The translations under genes were made by a program, and so were the position numbers. From contig JACQUQ010000025.1 in NCBI GenBank assembly GCA_016210175.1, positions 142-64,141 of the forward strand: a DNA stretch of 64,000 bases, given 5' to 3'. This document shows, piece after piece, positions 9,759 to 18,925 of this stretch (positions within the stretch are counted from its first letter, which is position 1; each line of letters starts with the position of its first letter). The notes below the pieces were generated by a model. That model searched no databases. It was not told the DNA's origin and worked only from the letters and a program-made list of their open reading frames with translations. This DNA comes from Chloroflexota bacterium (GTDB lineage: Bacteria > Chloroflexota > Dehalococcoidia > SHYD01 > JACQUQ01).

Positions 9759-10888
9759 GGCTGTACGTCCTTCAGTTGATAGATCGGGGGGCGCTTTCCC
9801 AAGATGACCTCAAGCTGCCGGAGCGCCTCTTTGAGCTGGTCCAGGCGGCGTACGTCCGGCAGCAGGCTGCCCTGCCGGGCGGCCTCGCCGGTCATGCCGG
9901 TAAGAGTGAGCGTCAGGTCTTCCACCGGGCCGGGCGGCGGACGGAGCGACAGGAGGTTCTTGAAGGCTGGCAAGGCGCGTCCGGGGTCGCCGACCGGTTC
10001 CTTGAAGGCCACCCGCCGCTCCCAGGCCGGGCGTCGGACAATGGTTCCGGATACCAGGGCGGAGCGAACGAAGCGACCCCGCAGGTCCGGGCGGGCGAAG
10101 AGTTGCGCCGCCAGCGCCTGGAGCGCCAGCAGCAGCGTATCGTGGGCCACGGTCGCGCTGGGGAAGGCCATGGTCGCCGAGCACTCCAGTTCCTGCCGGC
10201 GCGGCGTAAGCGGTCGGCGGTCGGCCCCGCGGGCAAGCTCCCAGATACGCCTGCCATCGGCGCCGAGGCTCGCTTGCATCGAACCCACGCGTTGGCGGGC
10301 GATGTCCTTGACGTGGGTGAGACCAAGCCGCCGCAGCGAGGTGCGCTGCTCCCAGGAAAGGGGCAGCACCTCCAACGGGAAGTCACCGAGGAAGCCTTGA
10401 AGGTCTGCCGGAGCAATGACGCAGTGTCCCGGCTTGGCGCTGAGCGCCGCAGCGTAGGCGGGAAACATGCCCGGCCCGACCCCGAAGCGGGGTCCGAGGT
10501 CTGGGGGGACGGCTCGTTCCAGCGCAGTGAGGAGTCCTGCCCTCCCGCCATACATGTCCTCCAGCCCATCAAGGCCCAGATAGGCGCACCCGCGGTGGGC
10601 CTCCTGCACGATGGGACTGACCTGCTCCAGTTGGGTCAGGACCTCGTCGAACTGCCGCCGGTACAAGGCAACATCCGCCTCGCGTTGCAGTGCAACAGGA
10701 TGGCGTGAGAGCGCCTGTTGGAGCGGTGTACCGGCTGGGATGTCCGTGATGGTGGGCGACGTGTCCAGAACGAGCCGCTTTCGTTGAACCTCCTGAATGA
10801 TGATGACGTCTTCATGGGCAAGGAAGGGGTCTCTGCGGGCTTCCATCCGGAAGGGAAAATGATCGATGAGGACGCACGCCACCAGCAT
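9704..10888 (-). CDS. imuB: Y-family polymerase-like protein ImuB
   Basis: 394 aa. N-terminus MLVACVLIDHFPF is typical of ImuB/DinB-like proteins. AGGAGG lies 6 nt upstream of ATG 10888. A LexA-type box sits upstream and dnaE2 downstream. Confidence 0.85.
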   Translation of the reverse strand: MLVACVLIDHFPFRMEARRDPFLAHEDVIIIQEVQRKRLVLDTSPTITDIPAGTPLQQALSRHPVALQREADVALYRRQFDEVLTQLEQVSPIVQEAHRGCAYLGLDGLEDMYGGRAGLLTALERAVPPDLGPRFGVGPGMFPAYAAALSAKPGHCVIAPADLQGFLGDFPLEVLPLSWEQRTSLRRLGLTHVKDIARQRVGSMQASLGADGRRIWELARGADRRPLTPRRQELECSATMAFPSATVAHDTLLLALQALAAQLFARPDLRGRFVRSALVSGTIVRRPAWERRVAFKEPVGDPGRALPAFKNLLSLRPPPGPVEDLTLTLTGMTGEAARQGSLLPDVRRLDQLKEALRQLEVILGKRPPIYQLKDVQPWSRIPEERRILLPPTFP

Positions 10889-10927
10889 TGGTCGCCTCCT
10901 GATGCCACTCCCACTGGTGTTTCAGCG

Positions 10928-10943
10928 TAGAACTGATGTTCTA
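10928..10943. promoter_or_regulatory. LexA-type SOS box (GAAC-N4-GTTC palindrome)
   Basis: TAGAACTGATGTTCTA is a perfect 16-bp palindrome about 40 nt upstream of the imuB start. It matches the Gram-positive/Chloroflexi-type Cheo-box core GAAC-N4-GTTC. Confidence 0.7.
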
Positions 10944-11238
10944 TAGTTGTCAACGGCTTGACGCCACAATCCCGCGACCGTGCAGGCGTCAGCTGGGGAT
11001 ACAGCCCTCGTCTGTGCCAAGCAGGCAGGTTGGATAAAACGGGTTGGTTGGAGGTTGCCGAACCTTTGGCCAGGATGTTGACAGGAGATTGCGCCCCAGG
11101 AAGATGCGGCATTGACCACGGTGTCCGGACGCACCGCGTTGAATGACCTGACCGACCTGGGGCGGAAAGGCCCCGTGGCGCCGACTGGCCGGAGTGGCTG
11201 GCAGACCGCGTATCGCCTGACGGTTGCTATGCAGTGAG

Positions 11239-11284
11239 GATCGGGCAACCATCGCGCATGCTATTGCGCGATGGTTGCCCGATC
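11239..11284. repeat. Perfect 20-bp inverted repeat with 6-nt spacer
   Basis: GATCGGGCAACCATCGCGCA tgctat TGCGCGATGGTTGCCCGATC. No T-tract on either side. Lies between the imuB promoter region and the helicase terminator. Confidence 0.85.
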
Positions 11285-11319
11285 CCGCGACAGCGATTCG
11301 GCGCAGTTTAGCTCAGTGC

Positions 11320-11376
11320 AAATAAAAAGAACCGGCTCATACAGGGTGGCTGGTATGCTCCCACCCTGTATGAGCC
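11320..11376 (-). terminator. Intrinsic terminator of the helicase gene
   Basis: 16-bp stem GGCTCATACAGGGTGG / CCACCCTGTATGAGCC with an 11-nt loop. On the minus strand it is followed by GGTTCTTTTTATTT. Begins 22 nt after the stop at 11398. Confidence 0.75.
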
Positions 11377-11397
11377 CATCTGTGGGCGGCTCGCCGA

Positions 11398-13680
11398 CTA
11401 CGTATTAAAGAGCGTAAGCTGCTCCGCCGCGACGGGTCTCCGCCGGGGTTTCCGGTGGCGAACCAGTTGGGCCAGTTGCTCTAACGTGACGACCTTCCCG
11501 GTCGCAGACCCATCTACGGGCTTGGACGGCGCTCCAAGGGCGGCAAACAGCGGCAATTCAGCCATTGCCCCGCGGTCAGGCATGGCCGGATGCGCTGTCC
11601 CATTGGAGAGGTCCGCCGCTCCTACCCCACCGTCCTCACACGCGCCAACCGCCAACAACTCCTCGGCCTCTTCCTCGCTGTGCCGAGCGTCGGCGAAGAG
11701 CGCTTCCAGCGATTGGGCGCCGTCATTCGGACCCCCACCAGGTTCCGCCATGCGGCGCGCTAGCGCGAGGTAGACATCCCCACCGTCCCCGTCAAGCGCG
11801 GCAAGCCCCTCTTCCGGCAACTCTCCCTCAATCATCAGCGAGGCCCGCGTCTTGGCCGCTACCAACGCCAGGGCTTCGGCTTGGAGCGTGCCGTCGTAGG
11901 TGAGGAAGGTGACTTCCACCGGCTGCCGCTGGCCGATGCGCCAGGACCGGCGGCTCGCCTGGCGCAGCACGTACACGGAATAATCGACCTCTGCCCACAC
12001 GATGCTGGGGAAGTCGACCAAGTCCAGGCCGGTCTGCACCAACCGCGGATTCGTGACCAGCACATCGATTCCATCCCGCACACGGGCGGTAACCCACTCC
12101 TCACGTCGTTCGGCAGCGACGGTGTCCGCCTTCAACACTGCGACCCGGAACCCTGCTTGCTCCAGCACGGTGCGAAGGCGGGGCGCAATGTCCCGCAGGT
12201 TTGTGTGCGTCACGTACACCAGCACGCGGCGGCCACGCTCCCGCTCCCGCTGAACCATTTCGACCAGGGTCTGCTCCTTGGGATACCGGCGGTTCTCCGG
12301 AAGCGCCGGGGCGTACCCCAGCACCTCACCCGTCTCTCCGTCCACGACCGTTTCCTCCCGCGTGCAGCCGTCCGGATAGGAGAGGAGCGCCTGGAGGTAT
12401 GTCCCCAGGAGGCGTTTGGACCCCGCCTGGAGCGCCTGCTGCACGGCCCGCCGCAGATCGGTCGCAAGTTGCGCGTAGCTCTCGGCCTGGGACAGTTCCC
12501 CTGGAACGTCTGCTTCAGCGAGCGGCACGAGGACGACGCGTTCCTGGTAGTCCGGCAGGTGCCCGGCCACGTCACGCAGCCGGAGAAAGACCGTGTTGCC
12601 AATGAGGTGGAACAGCACCGGCGGTGTGACGCCGGGCCGCTCGACCACCCGCGTCGGATAGGTGCGGCGTTTGGACTGGCGTCCATCGTCGAACCGGTCA
12701 TTCGGGTCCCGCTTGGTAATGCGGGCCAGGTAGCCGTATCGCGCCACCCACTTCGCCTCGTCGCCGTGGGCGAACTCGGTGCGGACGGCAGGGCTGAACC
12801 GGTACAGCAGGTGGAAGAGCGTCGAAGCATAGCCGCCCAGCAGCGTGCCGGTGAGGATGAGCGTCTTCGCGCAGGCTTCGGCCAGCGCCGCACCGGCCAG
12901 CCCCTGAGCAGTGCCCCTGCCTTTCAGCTCATGGACCTCATCGGCGATGAGCAGGTCGAAGTGCCCGCGCATCCGCCGTAGCAGGTAGTCGGCCAGCGGC
13001 GCCCGGCGCGGGCCGGTGTGGTCGGCCTCCCAGAGGGCGCCGCCGCAGGCGCTGCACCGCCGCTTCTTCTGCTCAAGCTCGACCAGGTTGAGGGGCACGC
13101 CCTCATCGTCAACAATCGCGGTGAAGCAGGACGGGCAGCAGAGGAGGCGCACGATGGCGCCGGCATCGTCCCGAGCCGCCATCCGGTCCGGGCCGCGTAC
13201 CATCCGGCTAATGGTCGCTGGCCGCCAGCGATAGCCAAGTTTGGCCTGCTCCCGGGAGCAGACCACGAACTGTGCAGGCCCATCCAGGTTGCGAACCCGT
13301 TCCAGGTCCCGGATCGTCCGAACGATGGCCACCTGGGCTGCCGGCACGGTGCGCTCGATCTCCCGGCGCCACTTTCGGACGAGGTGCGTCGGGCACAGGA
13401 CGAACACTCGGCGGCAGCCGGCCAGGTAGGCCGCAGCCGCGCCGATGTAGCTCTTGCCGGAGCCCATCTCGCCGACCAGGACGGTGCCCTGCTGGCGCTG
13501 GATGGAGAGGGCTGTGGCCCGTACCGCGTCCGCCTGGGCGCCCAGCGGCCGCCGCACCAGCCGCTGCAGGTCAAAGCCGGAGGTCCGGCGGGTCTCGGCG
13601 TCGTACAGCGGGGGATAGGTCCGCACGACGGCGTCGGTGATCTCGTCGCGACACTCATCCATTAGTTGGAATAGGTCCAT
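11398..13680 (-). CDS. SF2 (SNF2/DEAD-like) helicase with inserted zinc ribbon
   Basis: 760 aa with VGEMGSGKSY (Walker A), IADEVHELKG (DEVH), LTGTLLGG, and CCPSC...CSACGG between motifs I and II. The C-terminus ends EQLTLFNT. Confidence 0.8.
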   Translation of the reverse strand: MDLFQLMDECRDEITDAVVRTYPPLYDAETRRTSGFDLQRLVRRPLGAQADAVRATALSIQRQQGTVLVGEMGSGKSYIGAAAAYLAGCRRVFVLCPTHLVRKWRREIERTVPAAQVAIVRTIRDLERVRNLDGPAQFVVCSREQAKLGYRWRPATISRMVRGPDRMAARDDAGAIVRLLCCPSCFTAIVDDEGVPLNLVELEQKKRRCSACGGALWEADHTGPRRAPLADYLLRRMRGHFDLLIADEVHELKGRGTAQGLAGAALAEACAKTLILTGTLLGGYASTLFHLLYRFSPAVRTEFAHGDEAKWVARYGYLARITKRDPNDRFDDGRQSKRRTYPTRVVERPGVTPPVLFHLIGNTVFLRLRDVAGHLPDYQERVVLVPLAEADVPGELSQAESYAQLATDLRRAVQQALQAGSKRLLGTYLQALLSYPDGCTREETVVDGETGEVLGYAPALPENRRYPKEQTLVEMVQRERERGRRVLVYVTHTNLRDIAPRLRTVLEQAGFRVAVLKADTVAAERREEWVTARVRDGIDVLVTNPRLVQTGLDLVDFPSIVWAEVDYSVYVLRQASRRSWRIGQRQPVEVTFLTYDGTLQAEALALVAAKTRASLMIEGELPEEGLAALDGDGGDVYLALARRMAEPGGGPNDGAQSLEALFADARHSEEEAEELLAVGACEDGGVGAADLSNGTAHPAMPDRGAMAELPLFAALGAPSKPVDGSATGKVVTLEQLAQLVRHRKPRRRPVAAEQLTLFNT

Positions 13681-13806
13681 TGGTCAAGTCCCTCGGAGGA
13701 GATAGCACACGGAGGAGCGACGCATCGATCCGCAGGTCCCGGTCGGCCACCAGCACCTTCTGGTGCTGGCGAGGTGGAGCGCTATACAACACATGGTAGA
13801 CTCTCC

Positions 13807-16149
13807 TTACGTTTGGTCCGAGTCAGAGCGCAGAAGCTCGCTCGGCGGAAGCATGGGCAGGAGGCGCGGCCCCCGCTGGCGCGGCGCGGGGCCGCCGTCT
13901 GGCGTGGGGATGTCGGCGAGTCGCGCTAGGAGTTGCTCCAGGGCGGCGACCCCATCGTCGACCGCCGCGCGTTCGTCCTCCGTGAGGGGAATCTCCTGGC
14001 GGTAACGCAGCAGGTTGGCCTTACCTTCCAGGAGTTGAGCTTGGCTGGAGCCCTTGGGCCGGTAGAACGAGCACTTGGCGCAGGCCATCCGGTGCGGGCA
14101 CTGGTCAAAGAACTTGTAGGTGCAGTAGCCGTGGCCGAGGTCATAGAAACGCCACGGCTCTCCCTTTGCTGCCGCTCCGCTCTCCACGACCCCCTGGTCG
14201 ATAAGCACTTCAATAGCACGTAGGTTGCGGGCAAAGTAGCCAGCGTCAGCATACGCTTTCGCCAGCCGCGTCGGCGCCACCTTCACGTAATGCAGCGTCG
14301 CTTCGGGGTCCCGGTGGCCCAACCACTCCATGAGCTCCAGGAGCGACATCGGTTCTTTGGCATTGGCGAGCTGGGAGGCGATTGTCGACCGGGCACGATG
14401 GCTGGTGATATTGCCGCGGGCATCCCGCGTCGGCACTCCCGCCTTGCGGCACAGCAGCGGGATGAGCCGGGTGTTCAAGTACCCTTCCCCGAGTTGCCGC
14501 CCGCGGTAGGCGAAGAGGAACTGCACCGTCTCGTGCGTCTTCGGGTCGATGGCGGGAAGCTGAGTCGGGCGGGCACGCTCCCAGACCGCGATGGCTTCGC
14601 CGACGACCCGATCGACGGCCTTGGTGAACGAGGTAGAGGTCTTGTTCACCGGCACATCCAGCCAGCAGACGGCATCCTGGGGCAATATGTCGGTCGTCCC
14701 GGCGATGGTCACGTCCTCACGCTGCCAGCGTATGCAACCAACTCGAAGGCGACGTAATTCGTTCCAGCGCAGCCCGGTGAAGAGCCAGGCGATTACGAGC
14801 GCCCGAACCAGGGGCAGCGGATACGGAGCGCTCTTGCCGCGGTACAGTGCTGGCAGGTCATCGACGGTCAGGTTGAGTCCTGCCCAGAGGAGCTTTGCCC
14901 AGATGTCGTCAGCGATGACGCGAGGCTTGGGTCCGAGCAAGGACTTGATGCTCGGCGGCGTGGCGAAGGTGCGGCGAGGATCGAAACGGCGGGCGAACCA
15001 GTTCCACTCCTGTCCATCCCGGAAAAAGACCCGGAGCGCAGCGAGATGTCGGTCCTTCGTCGCCGCGCCGAGTGGTGCGCCCCGCTGTGTCGAAGAGGGG
15101 AGCGTCGGCGCCTGCGTGTCCTCACCCACGACCATGCGGTCGACCGCGGCCACATATGCCGCCGCCAGCTCTCGCGTCCACTGGTCGGGCGCCGTCACGT
15201 CAGGATGGTTCGTGGCCAGCCACCGACCGGCACGGAGGAGATAGTACCCGATGATGCGCCGCACTTTGGGCGTGAGGGTTGAGGTCGCATACCAGCGCTC
15301 ACACCACTGTCCCCAGGCGGTGGGGACGTTCCCCGGCGCCTTCAGGTCCAGCAGTCCTCTCCCATCGCTCCTCGCGGTGCTGACCGCCGACGGCGGCAAA
15401 GCGGACGCAGGGAAGACGCCGAGTTTGACCAGCGCCCGCGCCACCAGCCCGACGCCGAGCCCAAGATACCAGGGCAGGTCCTGCTCGCCCATCACGGCGG
15501 CGACCGTCGCGGGCGTGATGTCCTCGAAACGGGGGCTGCCACTGACCAGGAGCAGGGCCGCGACTACGTTCGGCAACTCCCGTTCGGTGAGCCAAGTGCC
15601 GTAGCCCCAGGAGCGGGCTTCGCTGCGGATCGCGTCAAGCGCTGCCGAAAATGGGCCAGCACCGAACACCTTCACGGCCAGCGCCCCGCGCTGGACTCCC
15701 CGAAAGCCAACGTGGAGGTCGTGATAACCGCACAAGAGGTAGCCTACCACCAGGGCGTACTGGAGGTACTGCCGGGGGTGCCCGGCGTAGCGCCGCAGCA
15801 CGTCTCGCCAATCCTCAGCGGTCCAGCTCCAGTAGGCGGTCTGGCGTTCCAGCATCGCTCGATTGAGGACGGAGTGTACCGCGACCCGCGTCGCCGGGCG
15901 CGTCTCGGCCCAGGTCAGCACCGTCTGCACGGGTTCCCTGAGCCGCCGCAGATCGCGAGAGATCGGCTTCGGCCACGCCGCACCACGGGACCTGGTCAGG
16001 CGCAGCCGTTCGATCTCCGCGAGCGCACGTCTTTCCGCCGAGGTGAGCTGCGGGCTGCGGTCGTACGACTCGAGGTCGAACGGCCATGACCAGGGTCGGC
16101 CCGACAGTTGCCCCACCGGGAAGGGATATCCCTCGTGTGCGCTGCTCAT
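13807..16149 (-). CDS. Large tyrosine recombinase (Tn554 TnpB-like)
   Basis: 780 aa. Catalytic region has SHRARSTIASQL and WLGHRDPEATLHYV. Cys-rich C-terminal extension (GYCTYKFFDQCPHRMACAKCSFY). The start overlaps the stop of the upstream recombinase (ATGA). Confidence 0.85.
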   Translation of the reverse strand: MSSAHEGYPFPVGQLSGRPWSWPFDLESYDRSPQLTSAERRALAEIERLRLTRSRGAAWPKPISRDLRRLREPVQTVLTWAETRPATRVAVHSVLNRAMLERQTAYWSWTAEDWRDVLRRYAGHPRQYLQYALVVGYLLCGYHDLHVGFRGVQRGALAVKVFGAGPFSAALDAIRSEARSWGYGTWLTERELPNVVAALLLVSGSPRFEDITPATVAAVMGEQDLPWYLGLGVGLVARALVKLGVFPASALPPSAVSTARSDGRGLLDLKAPGNVPTAWGQWCERWYATSTLTPKVRRIIGYYLLRAGRWLATNHPDVTAPDQWTRELAAAYVAAVDRMVVGEDTQAPTLPSSTQRGAPLGAATKDRHLAALRVFFRDGQEWNWFARRFDPRRTFATPPSIKSLLGPKPRVIADDIWAKLLWAGLNLTVDDLPALYRGKSAPYPLPLVRALVIAWLFTGLRWNELRRLRVGCIRWQREDVTIAGTTDILPQDAVCWLDVPVNKTSTSFTKAVDRVVGEAIAVWERARPTQLPAIDPKTHETVQFLFAYRGRQLGEGYLNTRLIPLLCRKAGVPTRDARGNITSHRARSTIASQLANAKEPMSLLELMEWLGHRDPEATLHYVKVAPTRLAKAYADAGYFARNLRAIEVLIDQGVVESGAAAKGEPWRFYDLGHGYCTYKFFDQCPHRMACAKCSFYRPKGSSQAQLLEGKANLLRYRQEIPLTEDERAAVDDGVAALEQLLARLADIPTPDGGPAPRQRGPRLLPMLPPSELLRSDSDQT

Positions 16150-17189
16150 CGGAGCACCTCCGCCGCCATCCTGGCCCTCCAGGCGTGGATGGTGGCCATG
16201 CCCCGCTCCAGCTTGGCCGCCAGGTCTCGTCCGCTCAGATGGATATACAGGAGCGTGGTCTGCGTCGTACGATGGCCGGCAAACTCGGCGATCTCATGGA
16301 GCGCCCAGCCCGCCCGGGCCAGGTCCGTCAGGCACAGATGGCGGAGGGTATGCGTTGTGAACTGGGGGACGCCGGCCCGCTCGGCGATGCGCTCCACCAC
16401 CTTGGTCCAGGTCCACAAGGAGATGGGCTGGCCACGGTTGCGCTGGGACTCGGACACGAAGAGCGGTCCCCTGGCCTGGGTACGGGCATGGCGCTGCTCC
16501 AGGTACGCCATGAACAAGGCCGCGGTGGCGGCCGAGTAGGGAATCACGCGCTCCCGCCGGCCTTTGGTTCGCTCCGCTCGGATAGAGAGCAGTCGAGCCG
16601 ATGGATCGATGTCTCCAGTCGTCAAGGTGCAGACCTCCTGACGGCGGAGCCCGGCGTCATACGCCATTGCCAGCATCAGCCGGTTCCGCAACGGCTCGGT
16701 CCGTGCCGCCTGCAGTATGGCGTGCCACTGCTCGTCAGTGGGAATCCAGGGAAGCTTACGAAAGCGCGCGAGGAGGCCTCGCTCCTGCCCGCCGAAGCTC
16801 TTGCCCGGGGTGTACCGCCCGCGTCCGACCGGGTTGTCGGGCCGCAGACCTTCTTCCATCAAGTAGTCGTGGTAGAGACGCACCGCCGTCAATCGCTGCT
16901 GCAGGGTGGCGTTCGCCAGCCCTCTGGTCGGTTGAGCAACACCACCGCTTCTCGCGCTTGGATGAGCGCGGGTCGCTAGGTCGTTCACGTAGGCAGCAAT
17001 GTGTGCCTTGCTCACCTCGGTAGCAGAAACCTCACAGCGGGCACTGAATGCGAGGAAATCCTCGAGTGCATGTCCATAGGCGGTCACCGTGGCTGGAGCG
17101 AGGCCCAAATTGGCCTGGATGGTCAGCCAGGAGCGGGCGTACTGCTGCCGAGTTACCAGGGGATAGCGGTCCCAGCGGGGTTCCGGCAT
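16146..17189 (-). CDS. Tyrosine recombinase (XerC/D-like, Tn554 TnpA-like)
   Basis: The real start is taken at Met244 of the 590-aa track ORF (MPEPRWDRY...), with AAAGGAG 7 nt upstream. The catalytic C-terminus has HTLRH and FAGHRTTQTTLLYIH. The upstream part of the track ORF is antisense to abiEi. Confidence 0.85.
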   Translation of the reverse strand: MPEPRWDRYPLVTRQQYARSWLTIQANLGLAPATVTAYGHALEDFLAFSARCEVSATEVSKAHIAAYVNDLATRAHPSARSGGVAQPTRGLANATLQQRLTAVRLYHDYLMEEGLRPDNPVGRGRYTPGKSFGGQERGLLARFRKLPWIPTDEQWHAILQAARTEPLRNRLMLAMAYDAGLRRQEVCTLTTGDIDPSARLLSIRAERTKGRRERVIPYSAATAALFMAYLEQRHARTQARGPLFVSESQRNRGQPISLWTWTKVVERIAERAGVPQFTTHTLRHLCLTDLARAGWALHEIAEFAGHRTTQTTLLYIHLSGRDLAAKLERGMATIHAWRARMAAEVLR

Positions 17190-17223
17190 GAACGGACTCC
17201 TTTCTGCTCTAGATTTCCTGTCC

Positions 17224-17265
17224 AACAGAACCTCGGGGCTTATGAATATCTCCCGAGGTTCTGTT
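17224..17265. promoter_or_regulatory. 14-bp inverted repeat in the divergent integrase/abiEi promoter region (candidate AbiEi operator)
   Basis: AACAGAACCTCGGG N14 CCCGAGGTTCTGTT. It ends 15 nt before the abiEi ATG and is followed by TTATACT. Confidence 0.6.
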
Positions 17266-17279
17266 ATACTGTACCCACT

Positions 17280-17888
17280 ATGCGACGCCTCCACGACTAC
17301 CGTGCTCTCCTCCAGCGGGCCATGCGTGGCCGGGTGTTCACGGTCCGCGAGGCAGTATCCGCGGGCATCCCGCGGCATGCCATCTACGCCCTCTGGCACC
17401 GCGACCAGCTCGTCCATGTCGGACACGGCCTCTTTGCCATGCCGCGTCTGGACCTGGGTCAGCACGAAACGCTGGCGGAGGCCGCTAAACGGGTCCCGAA
17501 CGGGGTCATCTGTCTGCTGTCGGCTCTCGCCTTCCACGGTCTGACCACCCAGAGCCCGCAAGACGTCTGGATGGCGATTCCGGAGAAAGCGTGGAAACCG
17601 CGCACCGATTCCCTGCCGCTGCACGTCGTTCGGTTTTCCGGCCCGGCGTACCGCGAGGGGGTCGAAGAGCATCGCGTCGGCCGCATGCCGATCCGGGTGT
17701 ATTCCCCGGCGAAGACGGTGGCCGACTGCTTCAAGTACCGCAACAAGTTCGGGCTGGAGGTAGCGCTGGAGGCGCTGCGCGACTACTGGCGCCAACGCCG
17801 TGGCTCGCTCGACGAGCTGGTCCGGTACGCGGAGGTCTGTCGGGTCGCCAACGTCATGCGGCCGTACCTGGAGGCTCTCGTTCAATGA
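17280..17888 (+). CDS. abiEi: AbiEi-family type IV antitoxin
   Basis: In-frame ATG 17280 of ORF 17001..17888. Sequence MRRLHDYRALLQRAMRGRVFTVREAVSAGIP...HVGHGLF is typical of the AbiEi N-terminal wHTH. The stop overlaps the abiEii start (ATGA). Confidence 0.85.
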   Translation: MRRLHDYRALLQRAMRGRVFTVREAVSAGIPRHAIYALWHRDQLVHVGHGLFAMPRLDLGQHETLAEAAKRVPNGVICLLSALAFHGLTTQSPQDVWMAIPEKAWKPRTDSLPLHVVRFSGPAYREGVEEHRVGRMPIRVYSPAKTVADCFKYRNKFGLEVALEALRDYWRQRRGSLDELVRYAEVCRVANVMRPYLEALVQ

Positions 17889-18802
17889 GCACGAACACGC
17901 CAAGGAACATCGTGGCATCGGTCCGCGAGCGACTGCGGACCCTCGCGCGGCAGCACCGCGAAGATTTCAACTTCACGCTGATGCGCTATGCCAATGAACG
18001 GTTCCTCTACAGGGTGAGCCAGTCCGCGTATCGACAGGACTTCGTCCTGAAAGGCGCAATGTTGCTTCCGCTCTGGGGAGCAGATATCGCTCGTCCCACC
18101 CGCGACATCGACCTCCTCGGATTCGGCAACCCCGCCGCCGAGCAGTTGGGCCGGGTGTTTAGCGACATCGCGGCGCTCCCCGTCGAACCAGATGGGATGG
18201 TGTACCATGCCGATCACCTCACGCTCGAACCGATCCAGGGCACCCAGGACTATGGCGGCGTCCGGGTGCGGATTCCTGCCAACCTGGGCAATATGCGGCT
18301 GCCGGTCCAGCTCGACATCGCTTTTGGTGACGCCATCACCCCGGCCCCGCAGGAAGCAGCGTACCCCACCTTGTTGAGTCTCCCTGCTCCCGTGCTGCGG
18401 ATGTACCCATTGGAGACGGTGGTAGCCGAGAAGTTCGAAGCGATGGTGCGCTTCGCCCTTGCCAACAGCCGGCTGAAGGACTACTACGACCTGTGGAGCC
18501 TGGCCCGGACGCAGGCGGTCGAGGGCGCATCACTGGTGGAGGCCATTGGGAACACCTTCGTCCGAAGGGGCACGCCCGTTCCGGTCACCGTGCCGACAGG
18601 TCTCAGCCCCGGCTTTTATGACGATGCTGCAAAGCAACGCCAGTGGAACGCCTTCCTGAAACGGGTCGCTCCGGTTGAGCCGCCGACGGAGCTTCGCCTG
18701 GCTGTGGAACTCCTCACTGCTTTCCTCATGCCTCCTGCTATCGCGGCGGTCACGCAAAACGAACCACCAGGGCGGTGGCGCCACCCGCAGGGTTGGCAGT
18801 AA
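17885..18802 (+). CDS. abiEii: AbiEii/AbiGii-family nucleotidyltransferase toxin
   Basis: Starts at Met99 of the track ORF. MSTNTPRNIVASVRERLRTLARQHREDFNFTLMRYANERFLYRVSQS...FVLKGAMLL...RPTRDIDLLG are signature motifs of the family. Confidence 0.85.
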   Translation: MSTNTPRNIVASVRERLRTLARQHREDFNFTLMRYANERFLYRVSQSAYRQDFVLKGAMLLPLWGADIARPTRDIDLLGFGNPAAEQLGRVFSDIAALPVEPDGMVYHADHLTLEPIQGTQDYGGVRVRIPANLGNMRLPVQLDIAFGDAITPAPQEAAYPTLLSLPAPVLRMYPLETVVAEKFEAMVRFALANSRLKDYYDLWSLARTQAVEGASLVEAIGNTFVRRGTPVPVTVPTGLSPGFYDDAAKQRQWNAFLKRVAPVEPPTELRLAVELLTAFLMPPAIAAVTQNEPPGRWRHPQGWQ

Positions 18803-18822
18803 ACGACGGACTGTGCGGTGCG

Positions 18823-18890
18823 CCCACCCGCAGACCAATGCTGCCAAGCCATGTGACTCCGCGGGTGGGTACCCTACGACACCCACCCGC
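18823..18890. terminator. Alternative hairpins between convergent abiEii and the methyltransferase
   Basis: CCCACCCGC (18823-18831), GCGGGTGGG (18861-18869) and CCCACCCGC (18882-18890). The middle copy can pair with either flanking copy. A fourth, related copy (GCCACCCGCAG) lies inside the abiEii 3' end. Confidence 0.45.
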
Positions 18891-18925
18891 CGTATTCCAA
18901 CTAACTTATAGAAACTCGGAGAGTT

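Noticed and set aside
9623-10708. 361-aa plus-strand ORF antisense to imuB. Similar long antisense ORFs occur at 713..1762, 11881..12981, 24320..25198 and 36413..37693.
   Set aside because: All are low-complexity and lack SD sequences or recognisable domains. Each lies opposite a well-supported gene.
17190-17918. N-terminal 243 residues of the 590-aa track ORF for the small recombinase.
   Set aside because: This part is antisense to abiEi, which has strong family signatures. An internal ATG at 17189 has a good SD and yields a normal 347-aa recombinase.
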